The notes: generated from the letters alone by a model not told the origin. Positions 1 through 14,601 are shown, numbered from the stretch's first letter. The stretch is DNA of 64,000 bases from Octopus sinensis (GCF_006345805.1 NC_042997.1:31558001-31622000); one strand, 5' to 3'. Translations and numbers: made by a program.

Positions 1-468
1 GAACCTTTCACAGTAGTAAACACGAGGAAGAGAAAGGAACGGGTGAATTCTCCCACAGACAGCCAAAAAAGGCTAAAGGAGATTGTGATAGAAGAAAAGA
101 GAAATAGGTGTGAAGCACCAACAGAAGCAGTAGTGAAAGAAGGCACACAGGAAAAAGCAGCATTACAACTGAGAAAAAGGAAGCCTTCATAAAATTGGTT
201 AAGATGTTTCTGCACGCCCGAACAGATCAGGACGGGAGCCGAAGCAAGCAGAAGTGAAAAGGAAGGGATATAAGTGGCATTTGGTCACTTATTCCAAACG
301 TAAAGAAATAGAGAAAACTATTGTAAAATTTCAATCGGCAATAAGAGAAAAGCTGCCGCCAAGAAAATACCCGGAATACACTAAAGGAATAGTCATAGAT
401 AAAGAGAGGTTTTTGAAATTAAGAGATATGTATGGACTTTTCATAGACCCGCTGGATGTTGAAGTCGA
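1..468 (+). pseudogene. Decayed LINE ORF1/gag-like coding relic (Lys/Arg/Glu-rich)
   Basis: Frame 1 reads EPFTVVNTRKRKERVNSPTDSQKRLKEIVIEEK..., then KRKGYKWHLVTYSKRKEIEKTIVKFQSAIREK... in another frame. The composition resembles LINE ORF1 N-termini, but there is no diagnostic motif. Confidence 0.3.
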
Positions 469-742
469 GTTTGACGTTAGTCACTCCGAAAAGCTCTTTC
501 TGCGACGATTTCATCTCAATCGAAGGAGAGGGGCTTTCTCCGTCCGGGTTGCGGATCCGTGGTATAAGCTGCCGGACGAGATAGTGAAGGTGCCGACGAC
601 CGCTCGGTTCAAAGTCTCTCTTGACCAGAAATGGCCTGAACTTTTTGCATGAACACCCTCCCTGTACATAACTCCATGTCCCCCTACATGGCCTTGCTTT
701 TGCTTTTTGAGCCAAAAAAATTAACTTAACTTTAACTTAATT
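469..742 (+). mobile_element. 3' end of a CR1/L2-group LINE (RT C-terminus, 3' UTR, (TTAAC)n-like tail)
   Basis: HSEKLFLRRFHLNRRRGAFSVRVADPWYKLPDEIVKVPTTARFKVSLDQKWPELFA* matches the CR1-group C-terminal pattern (F..RV...WN.LP..V....FK..LD). It is followed by a short UTR and ttaacttaactttaactt. Confidence 0.8.
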
Positions 743-1182
743 ACTAGTTATATACTGTAGAACAGAACATATCTATAGATTTTTAGCTACCACTGTATGT
801 AACAGACATATTTAAACACCTTGTCTTTACAATAACAAATTGGACAGAAAATGAGGTATCAACTGGACTTAGTGTTAATCCTGTGTTTGGATTTCATTAG
901 CGACCGAGGACCTTCTTTAACTGTCTATAGAAACGTTGCATATAAACCTATGATTAGTAAGTGCTTAAGTATATCGGAGAGACCATATGTTTTTATACAT
1001 AATGGATTGTTGGCCGCTTGCTGGTTAGTGATGAAATCCCAATACGGAATTGAAAATAGTTCAGATCTCTCTGTTTTTGTTGGGAAGATATTCGGCATAA
1101 CGTCAAGGTATTTACATCTGTCTATGTTATACGCTGTTAGGTGAAATGTATAAACGGTCCAGAATGGCACATATACACACAA

Positions 1183-1291
1183 TTAATAATAATAATAATA
1201 ATAATGATAATAATAATGATAATGTTAATGATATTAATGATGATGATGATGATGACGACGACAACAACGACAAATAATAATAATAATAATA

Positions 1292-1336
<45 letters not shown>

Positions 1337-1340
1337 TGAT
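1183..1340. repeat. Compound (AAT)n/(GAT)n microsatellite
   Basis: Seen directly. Confidence 0.95.
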
Positions 1341-1545
1341 GATTTCAAATTTCAACACAAGGGCAGCTATTTCAGGGGAAGAATAAATTGACCTCAGTGC
1401 TCAATTGGTACTTATTTTATCGACCCCCCACCCACCCAACTTGATGAAAGCCAAAGTCGACATCGGCGGGATGTGAACTCAGAGCGCAGACAGACGAAAG
1501 ACTGCTAAGCATTTGTCCAACGCGTTAAAGGTTCTGCCAGCTTAC
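1340..1545 (-). mobile_element. tRNA-derived SINE family A (Nin/Deu-like central domain), degenerate copy
   Basis: Reverse complement aligns to the + copies at 53887 and 62885 (gctggcagaa A-box region, gagttcaaattcc B box, gcctttcatcc...gtcgataaa...gtacca domain). Confidence 0.75.
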
Positions 1546-1548
1546 CGC

Positions 1549-1628
<80 letters not shown>

Positions 1629-1806
1629 CATTGTAATAACAATAATAACAACAACAACAACAACAACAGCAGCAAGAAGAAGAAGAAGAGAAGAAGAAGA
1701 AGAAGAAGAAGAAGAAGAAGAAGAAGAGAAGAAGAAGAAGAAGAAGAAGAAGAAGAAGAAAAAAAAAGAGAAGAAGAAGAAGAAGTTCATTAACGATAAT
1801 AATAAA
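1549..1806. repeat. Compound (ATA)n(ACA)n(AGA)n microsatellite
   Basis: Seen directly. Confidence 0.95.
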
Positions 1807-1810
1807 GCCC

Positions 1811-2115
1811 TTAAAGTTTGAAATTGCAAGAATTTGGAGTATGAAAACTGTAAAAGTGGTGTCTATAAAAACTGGTGCATTGGGAACTGTAAGTAAATAT
1901 GTAGACAAATGGTTGAAGGAGATTGGAATAGAATGTCTTATAGAGCTCCTACAGAAAGTTCACCCTTTATGGACAGCAAAGATTATCAGGAGGTTTCTAG
2001 GTACCTGAAATACTTCTGAAAACTAGTGGATACCTAAGGTTACAGGTAGTAATCCGCTACCCGCATAAATCCTATCAGGAATTATGACCGAACCTGAGTT
2101 AAATAAAAAATAAAG
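1811..2115 (+). mobile_element. Dong/R4-clade non-LTR retrotransposon 3' end (REL endonuclease C-terminus and 3' UTR)
   Basis: 1811-2008 translates LKFEIARIWSMKTVKVVSIKTGALGTVSKYVDKWLKEIGIECLIELLQKVHPLWTAKIIRRFLGT*, the typical R4/Dong terminus (EI.R.W...V.V....GALG...LQK...LGTA.I.R). It is followed by an A-rich end and (GAT)n. It is absent from the ORF track. Confidence 0.85.
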
Positions 2116-2157
2116 ATGATGATGATGATGATGATGATGCGGAGGAGGAGGAGGATA

Positions 2158-2932
2158 ACACATGGGGATAGATTTTGGCCTTGATATGTGTTCTAAAGCA
2201 ACTTTTGTGATAGCTCAAGCAAAAAATTTCCTTTAAATTAGATATCGACGCTACCATCAAGGAGCTTGACCCACAAGGAATCTATAAAAACCTGGGGATA
2301 AATGAAGGAGACGATATACAATATGCTACTATGAAGGAAATAATACGAAAGGAGTATTACAGAAAAATACGTCTCATACTAAAAACTGAACTCAACTCGA
2401 AAAATCGCATCGAAGCAATTAACACTCTGGCGCTTCTAGTAGTCCAATATAATTTTGACATCATTAACTGGAATCTTACAGAACTCCAACGCCTCGTTGA
2501 TCGTCTGTACCTACCTAGAAGTAATGGGAGAAGAGGAATGATACAAGTAGAACTGTGCTATAAGACCTCTACAATAACAATGAACAAGTACTTATCTAGT
2601 ACAAAGGACTGGATGCTGCGGCTTAGGTGCAAACACGAAAGCATCAAAAAGTCCCATTCTGTTGACAAAGAAGCTTGCAAATTCGCAAGGGAACTTGGTA
2701 TTAACCTTGAATTAGTTGAAGAACCTGCAAAAGCAAAAACGAATTGAGGAGCAGTGGAGCCAGAAGCCCCTGGACAGTATACACTTCGAAGCCGAAATCT
2801 TGATGTAGACCAAGCAACAACCAATCAGTGGCTGAGAAACTCACGAATAAAAGAAGAGACTGAAGGTTTCATATTGGTGGCACAAGATCAAAGCTTGCTT
2901 ACCAAAAACTTCCAGGCTAACGTTCTTCAAAA
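2158..2932 (+). mobile_element. Dong/R4-clade RT/thumb fragment, frameshifted and internally deleted
   Basis: MGIDFGLDMCSKA...YKNLGINEGDDIQYATMKEIIRKEYYRKIRLILKTELNSKNRIEAINTLA...DRLYLPRSNGRRG...WLRNSRIKEETEGFILVAQDQSLLTKNFQAN. Confidence 0.9.
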
Positions 2933-3475
2933 TTGGAAGTGCTATCATTTACATGTTTTGTCTTGGTATAAAAGATAGACTACAACAAATAGAAAAGAGA
3001 AAGGCTCTTTGAAGATGTCGAGTGTTAAAAAACAGTGAATACCACGAACGAGACGAAACGAATCACCCGAGAGCGAATGAGAACTTTGCATATCAATATT
3101 TCGCAGTTATTTCAGCTCGTCAGCACTATATACCCAAGACACCGTGAGATGAATATTTGTTTCACAAGTGCGGCGTTGTTGCACATCAGCATATATACCT
3201 GCATATATAGCAGTACAAACAACAACAACAACAACAACAACGATAACAGAATGTGCAACAATAACAGCAACATCAACAAAAGCTACGTGGGAACACACAA
3301 CAAGTGATGATACATTTACCAAGATTGCCAAGGTTTTTGGCATAGTTTCACTTAACAAAATGCATGAGCATTTAGGATAGACAGAGACCAACATTAGTAG
3401 ACTAGAACAAAAACAACTTACGTTTCAGTATACCGCAACAGCTTTCACACAATGTTCTTAACATCTTTGATTGTA

Positions 3476-4259
3476 CAGGGTGTCCATAAAGTCTCTTTCA
3501 TTGATATTAAATTCTTGTGTTTCAGACACTCTGTTGATGGAAGGGAACTGATTCACTGAACCCCTATAAAATGGCTACTCCTCATGAAAAGGCACAATGT
3601 GTATCCTGGTTTACTGAGACAAAATCGGATGTTCAGACTCAACGAAACTACAAAACTAAGTATGGAAGGGATCCACCATCGCGTCCTTTAATTCGTACAT
3701 GTGTGGTGTGGAATCATGTGCAATCGAATAATTGATCCATTTTTCTTCAACGAGGCAACAATTACTGCAGATGTTTACCTCAAACTTCTGACCGAATATG
3801 TGGCACTACAACTGATTGATTTACAACCAGCCATCCTTTCCCCGCAAGATGGTGCACCACCACATTGGGGACAGCATGATCGTCAGTTCCTTAATCAAAC
3901 ATTTCCAGACTGTGGATTGGAAGAGATGGGCCAATTCCATACCCACCGCGTTCGCCAGATATCACTCCCATGGACTTCATTTTATGGGGTTAAGTAAAAG
4001 ATATCGTATATCAAACAAAGATACAGGACATTGCTGACTTGAAGCAAAGGATTCGTAATGCCATTGCCGCCGTTGATGAGGCTATCCTACAGCGAACATG
4101 GCAAGAAATCGAGTACCGTCTTGATGTGGTTCATGCAACTAATGTTGTCCATGAAATTTAATAAACAATTATTACAATAAAACAAATCTGGTTAAGATAT
4201 CTTGTCAACTGCCTTTCTAATGAAATTTAAAATTTTAAAGAGACTTTATGGACATCCTG
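3476..4259 (+). mobile_element. Internally deleted Tc1/mariner-superfamily transposon, DD41D (rosa-like)
   Basis: TIRs cagggtgtccataaagtctcttt / aaagagactttatggacatcctg with TA on both sides. The ORF from 3571 reads MATPHEKAQCVSWF...PPSRPLIRTW and is joined to WCGI...QDGAPPH...(1-nt frameshift)WIGRDGP...PPRSPDITPMDF.LWG; there are 41 residues between the 2nd and 3rd D if the shifted codon is counted. Confidence 0.92.
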
Positions 4260-4683
4260 TACAAATGTTTGATCAGACCAGATTTAATGGTAAACAAGAG
4301 CAAGGATAAAAACAAGTGGAATATTCATATTCAGTCGATAGAATACCCGGGTTTAAAGGCCTAAAGAAAAATCATCTCCTTTACGTTGTCATGAATGATA
4401 AGTAGATACAGAGGGATATATTAAAAATATGTCTGAGCTAAACCTTGTGGTACTTATTGAATCCAATTTCATAGGGTATTGTGTGACCGGAATTGTAGAA
4501 ATTCGGTTATTACGTGCCACATGAATTTTCAGGTTTTTCTTCCGCATGTAATAACTTCCAATTGAGTTAAAACGTGAATAAAGATATATCTATTCGTGGA
4601 AATCATTAATTTATTCAACTATCTCTATCTCTTGTATGAATGTTGCCTATTAGAGATAATGACTGAATAACATTCAAGCGTAT

Positions 4684-4856
<173 letters not shown>

Positions 4857-5329
4857 CGTAAACACACTTATGCTAGTGTGTCGGACGAAATATTGAGTAC
4901 CATTTTTACCAACTTGCGTTTTAAGTTCAAATTCCGCCGTGTAATATTTATATAAACATCAAATATCTTATATCGATTATTATCAAATATATGATATAAA
5001 CATGAATCAATGTAAGTTCACAACATATGAACACATTTATGCATAAAATGATATCTATATACACATACACACACACACACACACAACACACACACATACA
5101 TACATATAGATTTCTGTATCATAATTGATATTTTAGGAGGTAGCTAGAAATACGTTTAGTGTGTGTGTGTGTGTGTGGTTTGGTATTGGGCGTAAGAAGA
5201 GAAGTCGACTTGCTTACTTCTGAAAAGTCTGTCAATGTTCGTATGTTTGATGAATACACCACATTAAAAGTTTTACAACACGGAAGTCTATATTTACACG
5301 TACTTAGGTGCACGTTATATAACACTGTC

Positions 5330-5342
5330 TATCCATCCATCC

Positions 5343-5394
<52 letters not shown>

Positions 5395-5546
5395 GTCTAT
5401 CTATCTATCTATCTATCTATCTACCTATCTATCTATCTGTCTATCTATCTATCTATCTATCTGTCTGTCTGTGTGTCTGTCTATCTATCTATTTATCTGT
5501 GTGTCTGTCTATCTGTGTGTGCATGTTTGCTTTTATGTGTGTGTAT

Positions 5547-5626
<80 letters not shown>

Positions 5627-5663
5627 GAGAAATAATTGCGTTTGTATGAGTATTTGTATGTAC

Positions 5664-5759
<96 letters not shown>

Positions 5760-5815
5760 GTATGTGTATAAATATATATAGACATATATTCATACATAGA
5801 GAAATAGATAAATAA

Positions 5816-5847
<32 letters not shown>

Positions 5848-5884
5848 ATAGATACATACATACATACATACATACATACATACA

Positions 5885-5918
<34 letters not shown>

Positions 5919-5945
5919 CATATGTGTGTGTGCTTGTGTGTGTGT
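5330..5945. repeat. Compound (TCTA)n/(TA)n/(GA)n/(GATA)n/(CATA)n microsatellite block
   Basis: Seen directly; explains the IYLS/YVCM ORFs. Confidence 0.95.
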
Positions 5946-6890
5946 GTCTTTATTCATATGTTCTATTATAATCACCTTTTGTGTTTTCCTCTCCATATCG
6001 ACTTTCATTTCTCGTCTTTCACCTTCACATTTATCCATCGAAAAATCGCAAAATAATAAACAGATCGATAGAAACGTCGAAGCGAAAAGAGAATCAACAA
6101 AACAAATTCCTAACATGAATATGTACCAGTAATTGTGCACCTGTACGTATCTATTTGCATATATGCATAAACATTTGCTGTGATTTCTCTTCTGTCTGAC
6201 ACTTCTTGTCAAATCAATGTACATTCTCTTCTGTCTTGAAATTTCTGTGACGCCATTTGTAGATAGATTTTACAGCTGTCGTGCGACCAACAGTCTCCGT
6301 ATGTGTCCACTGTTTGTTATACATAACTAATTAGACAAACACTACAATGATGATTCTGTATTATTCCTGTAAAGCGTAGTTTGGTTCTAGACGCCTTCGT
6401 TCCTCTGCTCTTAAGTCAACATATTTTGACAGAATATAGACGACTTGGGAATAAATTCTTTCGTTCTGTTTCCTCCTTTCTTTCTTCCTTTCTTCATTTT
6501 GATTCAGTCATAGTTTCACGTTTAGACACATACACATACATATACTACACACCACACCTGTGTTCATATGCATGTACATATATGTGTATTTACATCCGTA
6601 CATACATACCTAAGTGTGTGTGTATCTACGCACATGTGCAGACATATATGTATGTAAACATACATAAATGTGTGTGTATGTATATATATATATATGTGTG
6701 TGTGTATGTGTATATATATATTTATGTTAATGTACATACACACACACGCACACGCACATACACACACACGCATGCACACATATACATATACCATAGATTA
6801 TATATTTCACATATACTCACCACCTATGCGTGCAATGTGTGTTAAGTGTATGTATATATACATATACATATATACATATATATATGTATA

Positions 6891-6932
<42 letters not shown>

Positions 6933-7771
6933 TATATTCATGCATATACATGCGCACATACATTCATGCAAACATACGTTTACACACACACACACACACA
7001 CACAGATACATACACACACCCCACACACACTGTAGTGTTGATTTTTCTTTCAAATTCACAATTCGCGTTCACTTTTCCCTTATTCTCCGTAAGTTTGTCT
7101 TATTTTCGTTATTGTTGCCTCTCTCATTATTTCTTGTGACTTTTATATATTTACTCCATTGATTATATATTTAACTTTAAGTCCTTTTCAAAAAGTTGTA
7201 ATCTTCTTGAAATCTACTTGCAATGGAACCGAAACAGAGCTGCAGCTTCCGCTCCAAGAGAGACTAGCTTTTGTAATAATGATACTAATTATTGTATCCA
7301 ACATATGCTCAATGCCTTGAAATTTGTGGTGGAGTTGATAATTGATGATGTTGATCTCAGTACTTGACAGGTTCTTCATTTTATCGGTCCCGGATCATTG
7401 GAAAGCAAAATTGTTTCCATTAGGTTTTGAACTTAGTGCGTGGAATATCGAAATAAATCTTCCAAAGCAATTTTCCCACGTCCCCACGTTTCTGCTGTTC
7501 TACCAGTTTTGTTGTGAAACTGATTATGTTAGTATATATAATGTATGAAGGTTCTAAACTCTTCTGAAACGTAGTTAGCGTTTAGGAATTTCCTTAATAT
7601 ATAAATAACTATAGTGGAAACCTTAGTGTGTTGGGCAAAATCCTTTGTGGTATTTCTTATGGTTCTTTACATTCCAAGTCATGACTAGAATACATTTGAT
7701 GTTATGTGGGTCTGTAATCGACGAATTCGGCCTGCATCCGTTATCCTACAGTCATAAGGCGGGCCGGGTCC

Positions 7772-8209
7772 CCCGACACGCCACTCTGAACGGCATCATT
7801 ACAACTGGAGCCAGCAGGTCTTGACCGCAGGGATGGTAAGCGCCCCAACAGAATAACCCCCTTCCCATAAAAGGGAGGTAAATCCCTAATCCGGGACGCG
7901 ACGTTCTGCAACACGTTCTCCGTCTCCAACCTTGCTGCATCGACTGCGAACCCTGGTATTGCCACTCGTAAAGAAGGAAAGAGAAAGAAAGACAATTTTC
8001 GGGGCCTGATCGGCCGCTATCAGTTAATACCTGTTGCCATCGACACCTCAGGTGTACTCGGATCCCGCACTGCTGATTTCCTCTGCAAAATCGGAATAAC
8101 TGCGGCCCATAGGAGAAATGAGCCTTGCGAAATAGTGTTGCAGCAAATATTGCTGGCTAAACTTCGCAATAGCGCCTTTGCAATTATGTCTGGGGGAGGG
8201 CACGACTGA
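7772..8209 (+). mobile_element. CRE-clade non-LTR retrotransposon C-terminal (REL endonuclease) fragment
   Basis: PRHATLNGII(fs)LEPAGLDRRDGKRPNRITPFP*KGGKSLIRDATFCNTF...YQLIPVAIDTSGVLG...FLCKIG...LLAKLRNSAFAIM matches the CRE pattern RH..LN..I...EP.GL...DGKRPDG...W..G....WD.T. It is not in the ORF track. Confidence 0.85.
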
Positions 8210-8411
8210 ACATCATTGGGGGTTGGGGTGTAATACCTGTTGCTCTCTTCCCCAATTTTGGCTGTTGAATCCCCCCACTGTTTTTTTTTCTTTTTCTTTT
8301 GTTTCATTGTTGAAGTAATTCTGCATTTTTTCTCAATAATTTAATCTTTAATACTTTTAATTTTTTTTTCGTTCGTTTCTTTCTGTAAAAATTTGTTACT
8401 AAATAAAAATT

Positions 8412-8580
8412 GATTTCAAATTTTGGCACAAGGCCAACAATTGCGGGTAGGGGTTAAGTCGATTATATCGACTCCAGTGCTCGTCGATCTCAGCGAAATA
8501 TGAACTGAGAACACAAAGGCGGACGAGGTGCTATTAAGCATTTTGTCCGGCATGCTAACGATACTGCCAACTCGCTACTT
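8412..8580 (-). mobile_element. SINE family A, degenerate and internally deleted
   Basis: Similar to other family A copies (ttaagtcgattatatcgactccagtg...tgaact...ctgccaactcgc). Confidence 0.65.
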
Positions 8581-9156
8581 TTTGTTAAATAAAATTTGAT
8601 AATAGTTTTGCGTGATCCGAGCTAAATTGTGGTGAAGCAAATACATGAATAACAACAGCAACACTAGCAAAAGACCTAAACAGTTAATATAATATCAATA
8701 ATGGTTTATTTACTCTTGATGGAATGTCCATTTTTGATAAAATATTATATAACTCACTACATCTATTTTAATAAATTACTTGCTTATATCTGCGTTCTTC
8801 CTAAATTCCTGTTTCGTACGGGTTGACTATAAGCGAGCAAGGCCGTATAACAACCATATAAGTGAGCCATGAAGAATACGACTACCCTGGTTTCACTCCT
8901 CCCTGTAGCGAGGAAAATAATTCTAAAACTTCTCTTAGATTTGTATTCTTCTATATTAACGATAAAAGACCAGCCAAGTTAATTCAATCGCGATTTGAAG
9001 TCAAATAAGTGAGTTGCGGATAATAATATTTTATGTGTTCTGGCTGGTTTACTTCTAAGTAAGGGAAAATTTTCATAGAATGTTAGAAAGATCATGCCCT
9101 TGCCTACAGTCAAACCGTCAATATCTTTATATACACTATATTGAGGGATATTATCG

Positions 9157-9536
9157 TGGCATTCCGTAGGTTACGACGACGAGGGTTCCAGTTGATCCGA
9201 TTAACGGAACAGCCTGCTCGTGAAATTAACGTGCAAGTGGCTGAACACTCCACAGACACGAGTATCCTTAACGTAGTTCTCGAGGAGATTCAGAGTGACA
9301 AAGAGTGTGACTAGGCTGGCCCTTTGAAATAGAGGTACAACAGAAACAGGAAGTAAGAGTGAGAGAAAGTTGTGGTGAAAGAGTGCAGTAGGGTTCGCCA
9401 CCACCCTCTGCTGGAGCCTCGTGGAACTTTAGGTGTTTTCGATCAATAAACACTCACAACGCCTGATCTAGGAATCGAAATCGCGATCCTACGACTGCGA
9501 GTCCGCTGCCCTAACCACTGGGCCATTGCACCTCCA
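9157..9536 (-). mobile_element. tRNA-derived SINE family B (tRNA-Arg-like head), full length
   Basis: The minus strand begins tggaggtgcaatggcccagtggttagggcagcggactcgcagtcgtaggatcgcgatttcgattcc (A and B boxes, TCG-like anticodon arm). A closely related copy is at 10605-10966. Possibly one of the described octopus tRNA-Arg SINEs (not verified). Confidence 0.85.
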
Positions 9537-9685
9537 CGAGCGATATTATAACCCGAAACGTAAAATTTTATCTCTCTCACTACTATTAAAATAATCGAGA
9601 TTCTACCAATTTAAATGGACTCGTCCTCTCTCTTTCTTTCTTACTTAATCATTTTAGCATCACATATTATATAAAGATATATAAG

Positions 9686-9932
9686 TGCACCCTTTTAAAG
9701 CCTAACCAGGCTCATGGGCCCGGTTTCCCGGTTTCTGTGGCTTATGTGTTCCCCAGCTGGACGGTACGCCAGTCCATCGCAGCGTTGCTCATTTTTGCCA
9801 GCTGAGTGAACTGGAGCAACGTGAAATGAAGTGGTTTGCTCAAGAACACAATGCGTCGCCCCGTCCAGGAATCGAAACCCCAATCTTACAATCATGGTGC
9901 TGACACCCTAACCACTAAGCCATGCGCCTCCA
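9686..9932 (-). mobile_element. tRNA-derived SINE family C (V/CORE-like central domain)
   Basis: Minus strand: ggaggcgcatggcttagtggttagg...ggtttcgattcc...tgtgttcttgagcaa...tcacgttgctccagt...gaaaccgggaaaccgggcccatgagcc. Confidence 0.8.
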
Positions 9933-10604
9933 CTGTATAGCTATGATTATATAAAATCACCACAAAGTAATGTCCCAAATTGCACACTTGTAGACGCTGA
10001 CAAATATAATTGTTTAGAAAATAAATCGGTGTCCCCCATCTGCACGGTAAACAAAAAGTGTAGTTGTTCATATCTTTCATGTTTGAACATATCTGAAATA
10101 AATAGTGACCGCGATTACTATTTCGGGTGCAGTGGTAAGCTCAAATGGCTCCGGTCGTCAGTATCTGATGTGTGACTCTAATCAGGATTACTGGATTCTG
10201 AAGGTAAATAGCTCTATTATCTTGTGAAAACGAAGGGTTTCGCAATAAACCTCAAGATTAATCGGAATAGTGCTCCTAAGGCGGTTTTATTTTAATTGGA
10301 TATTATTCTATCAACTGCCGCGACCAAATTCATGCGAGACGTATTGCTTTGCACTTCTTTGGACTGCATCCTCAAAGTCAAGAGGAGTATTCTTGCCCCG
10401 GGGCAACACGGAATCTCTGTGCACACAAACCAACCTTCCTCCCTACAATTAATTGTAGACATGGAAAGCAGAAAGTTAGCGGGGAAAGTGGTTGTCTCTG
10501 CCATTTGGGATTGCAACTCAGATACTGACCTACCTATGTTACAAAACTCTTTTTCTTCTCGAGATAAATCCCAAAAGTAAATTTCCTGATTTAAACAAGT
10601 TGGA

Positions 10605-10966
10605 AGCACTCCGTCGGTTACGACGACGAGGGTTCCGGTTGATCCGAATCAACGGAACAGCCTGCTCGTGAAATTAACGTGTAAGTGGCTGAGCACTCCA
10701 CAGACATATGCACCCTTAACGTAGTTCTAGGGGATATTCAGCGAGACACAGAGAGTGACAAGGCCGGCCCTTTGAAATACAAGTACAACAGAAACAGGAA
10801 GTAAGAGTGAGAGAAAGTTGTGGTGAAAGAGTACAGCAGGGATCGCCACCACCCCCTGCCGGAGCCTCGTGGAGCTTTTAGGTGTTTTCGCTCAATAAAC
10901 ACTCACAACGCCCGGTCTGGGAATCGAAACCGTGATCCTACGACCGCGAGTCCGCTGCCCTAACCA
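10605..10966 (-). mobile_element. SINE family B copy (head slightly truncated)
   Basis: Collinear with 9157-9536. Confidence 0.85.
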
Positions 10967-11419
10967 AGTATTATTAAGACGAAAGCATTTCTGGCTTTGT
11001 CTCTTGTGCTTATCGAAATAATTTAAATTAAAGACTAATATTTTATTTGTTTTCGTCACCACATAGTACTTCTTAGTTTTTCTAATGCTCCCAGCATTAA
11101 ACATGCTTTCAACCGTGAAATCAAAGTGAGAGGATCGGAATTGAATATTACGTGATATTTAATCAACTATTTGACCGTTTTTGTTTTTTTCCATCGCTAA
11201 AAACCATTTCTGTTTTCTTCCCTACCCCATTTTTCTTTCTTTCTTTCTTCCTGTCTTTCTTTCTTCCTTTATTATCTTCAAATTTTGGTACACGGCCAGT
11301 ACGTTCGGGGAGGTGGTTAGTCGGTATCAACAGTAAAGAAATAGGTTAGTCGGTATCAACTACACCAGCGCGCTCAACTGGTACTTATTTTTATTCTTTT
11401 CTGCTTATAGCACAAGCAG

Positions 11420-11580
11420 AAATTTTGGAGGAGGGGGCCAGTCTATTAGATCGACCCCAGTACGCAAGAGGTTCTTAATTTATCGACCCCGAAAGGATGA
11501 AAAACAAAGTCGACCTCGGCGGAATTTGAACTCAGATCATAAAGACGAACGAAATGCTCACAGTTTTGCCAGTTTGTCAC
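11420..11580 (-). mobile_element. SINE family A fragment
   Basis: atcgaccccagtacgc...atcgaccccgaaaggatgaaa...gtcgacctcggcggaatttgaactcag. Confidence 0.75.
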
Positions 11581-12347
11581 CTTTTTTTCTTTCTTTCTTT
11601 ATTATCTCCCCAAAGCACACCGTGAGACGAACCTTGTAAACATTTCAAAAATTTAGAAGCTATTTAGGGTAAAATCTACACCTCTCCATAAATTTCTGTT
11701 TATAAAATATATTACAAGAAAAAATAATGTACAAATAGTAAATGATATATTTCTAACATAGGCTACAAATCTGGGGAAGGGGTTAGGCAAACCCACTATT
11801 TCACTAGTACTTTATGTTATGGAACCCAGCTGGATTTTTGAACTAAAAAAATAGCGATCCGTAACTGGATACTACCAGGCATTATGTCCGTCACTCAAAT
11901 GATTCTCTAAATTCATCAGAAGATTTAAAACAAAATTGCTTTAAAAAAAGTTGTTGCATGTAAACCTCTCAAACCCATATTACTCTTTGCCTTGGTGTCA
12001 GTGTCTGGTATCAGGAATTGCACCAAACCTTGTTTGTTATAGATGACTGATTATATTCTCAGTATGCAATGCGATAAACATTGACCAAGTCGACAGCAAC
12101 CAAGTCTATTATTATCGGATGGAATTTATAAACCAGAATATCTAGTCTCAAAATCGTGTTGCCTCTCCACCACTTATTTTTACAGTATATATAGGCAAAG
12201 TAATCACCTTCTCGCACCATATTGTATCTGCTGCCGAAGAATAGGCATATTATTATGGTTGAAAGTAAAGTCCACCTTGACCGGATCATTCAAGCAACCT
12301 CTCAACAGCTCAACGAAACGTTGTCCAAACAGCATCGTATATCTATA

Positions 12348-12790
12348 CATCTTGTCTTGTCTTGAGACAGCATTCACCCGGGGTGGGTTGAGCTGGCTTC
12401 ATTCATCCTCAATGCTGCATCTCTCACAAACGCCGACCAGACCTGGCGATTTGAGGCTAACGACTGCATGATCTCCAACCACTCCTTATTCCAGCGGCGA
12501 ACGCCGTAGATATGGGGGCCTAGGTTGGGTTCCAGATCAGCCTTGACTGTCATCAGCCAGGTTGTTCGTTGTCCACCACATTGCTTTCGCCAACCCTGAA
12601 GGGGAACTGGGGCAATTGCTTCGTAGATGAATTCTCCTGGTTGACGACGGAGGGCATGACCCAATTAACGCAGACGTCTCGTTAGGATGACTTGTCGGAG
12701 GGAGGTGATTTTGCACTGGTGTCGCACCGAATTGTTGGAGTCAGAGTGATGCCATCGGACACGAAGGATGCGGCGTAGACAGAGGTGATC
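12348..12790 (-). mobile_element. 5'-truncated RTE-clade LINE 3' end
   Basis: DHLCLRRILRVRWHH...RRLR*LGHALRRQPGE...GGQRTTWLMTVKADLE...LASNRQVWSAFVRD, followed by a (CAAGA)n tail. Confidence 0.85.
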
Positions 12791-13199
12791 TATACATCCA
12801 TTCAGATAAAGAAGAAAAAAAAGACACTGTGGGTTTCTGGCAATGTCGCATCGCTACAAGTTAAACTTAGAACCTGGATTTTCGCTCTTTTGTTCCTCAG
12901 AAAATTCAGCTGTTGTATTTGGCATAAAAAAAGCAAAAAGGGGCCAAAGACTTCTTCACAAACAATTTGTCGATGGTGTTGCTAATTCTAAATGTCTCTT
13001 CCATGAATGAATGTCGATAAATATCGCAAAACATTTTGACTGCGTCCTCATCGTTAGTGGCAATCCATAATAATTTTAATATCACTGGAAATTTTATTGA
13101 GTTCAAGAATTCGGTTTGCTTTGAACATAAATCAGAAAGAAACGTTAAGAATAGGGGACGGAAGGGGATGTTGCTATTAGTGAAATAATCGACGATGAC

Positions 13200-14520
<1,321 letters not shown>

Positions 14521-14548
14521 TGCTAGCTTAAACATATCTAGTTCTGTC

Positions 14549-14601
<53 letters not shown>

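Noticed and set aside
7188-7560. Minus-strand ...HKFQGIEHMLDTII...PLQVDFKK, weakly like a LINE RT motif
   Set aside because: No further RT motifs; too degenerate to support.
9440-9536. tRNA-like sequences at SINE heads (also 51707-51795)
   Set aside because: They continue into SINE bodies or lack a complete acceptor stem, so they are not tRNA genes.
10090-10600. Possible decayed APE endonuclease or exon
   Set aside because: Multiple stops, no diagnostic GDFN/SDH motifs.
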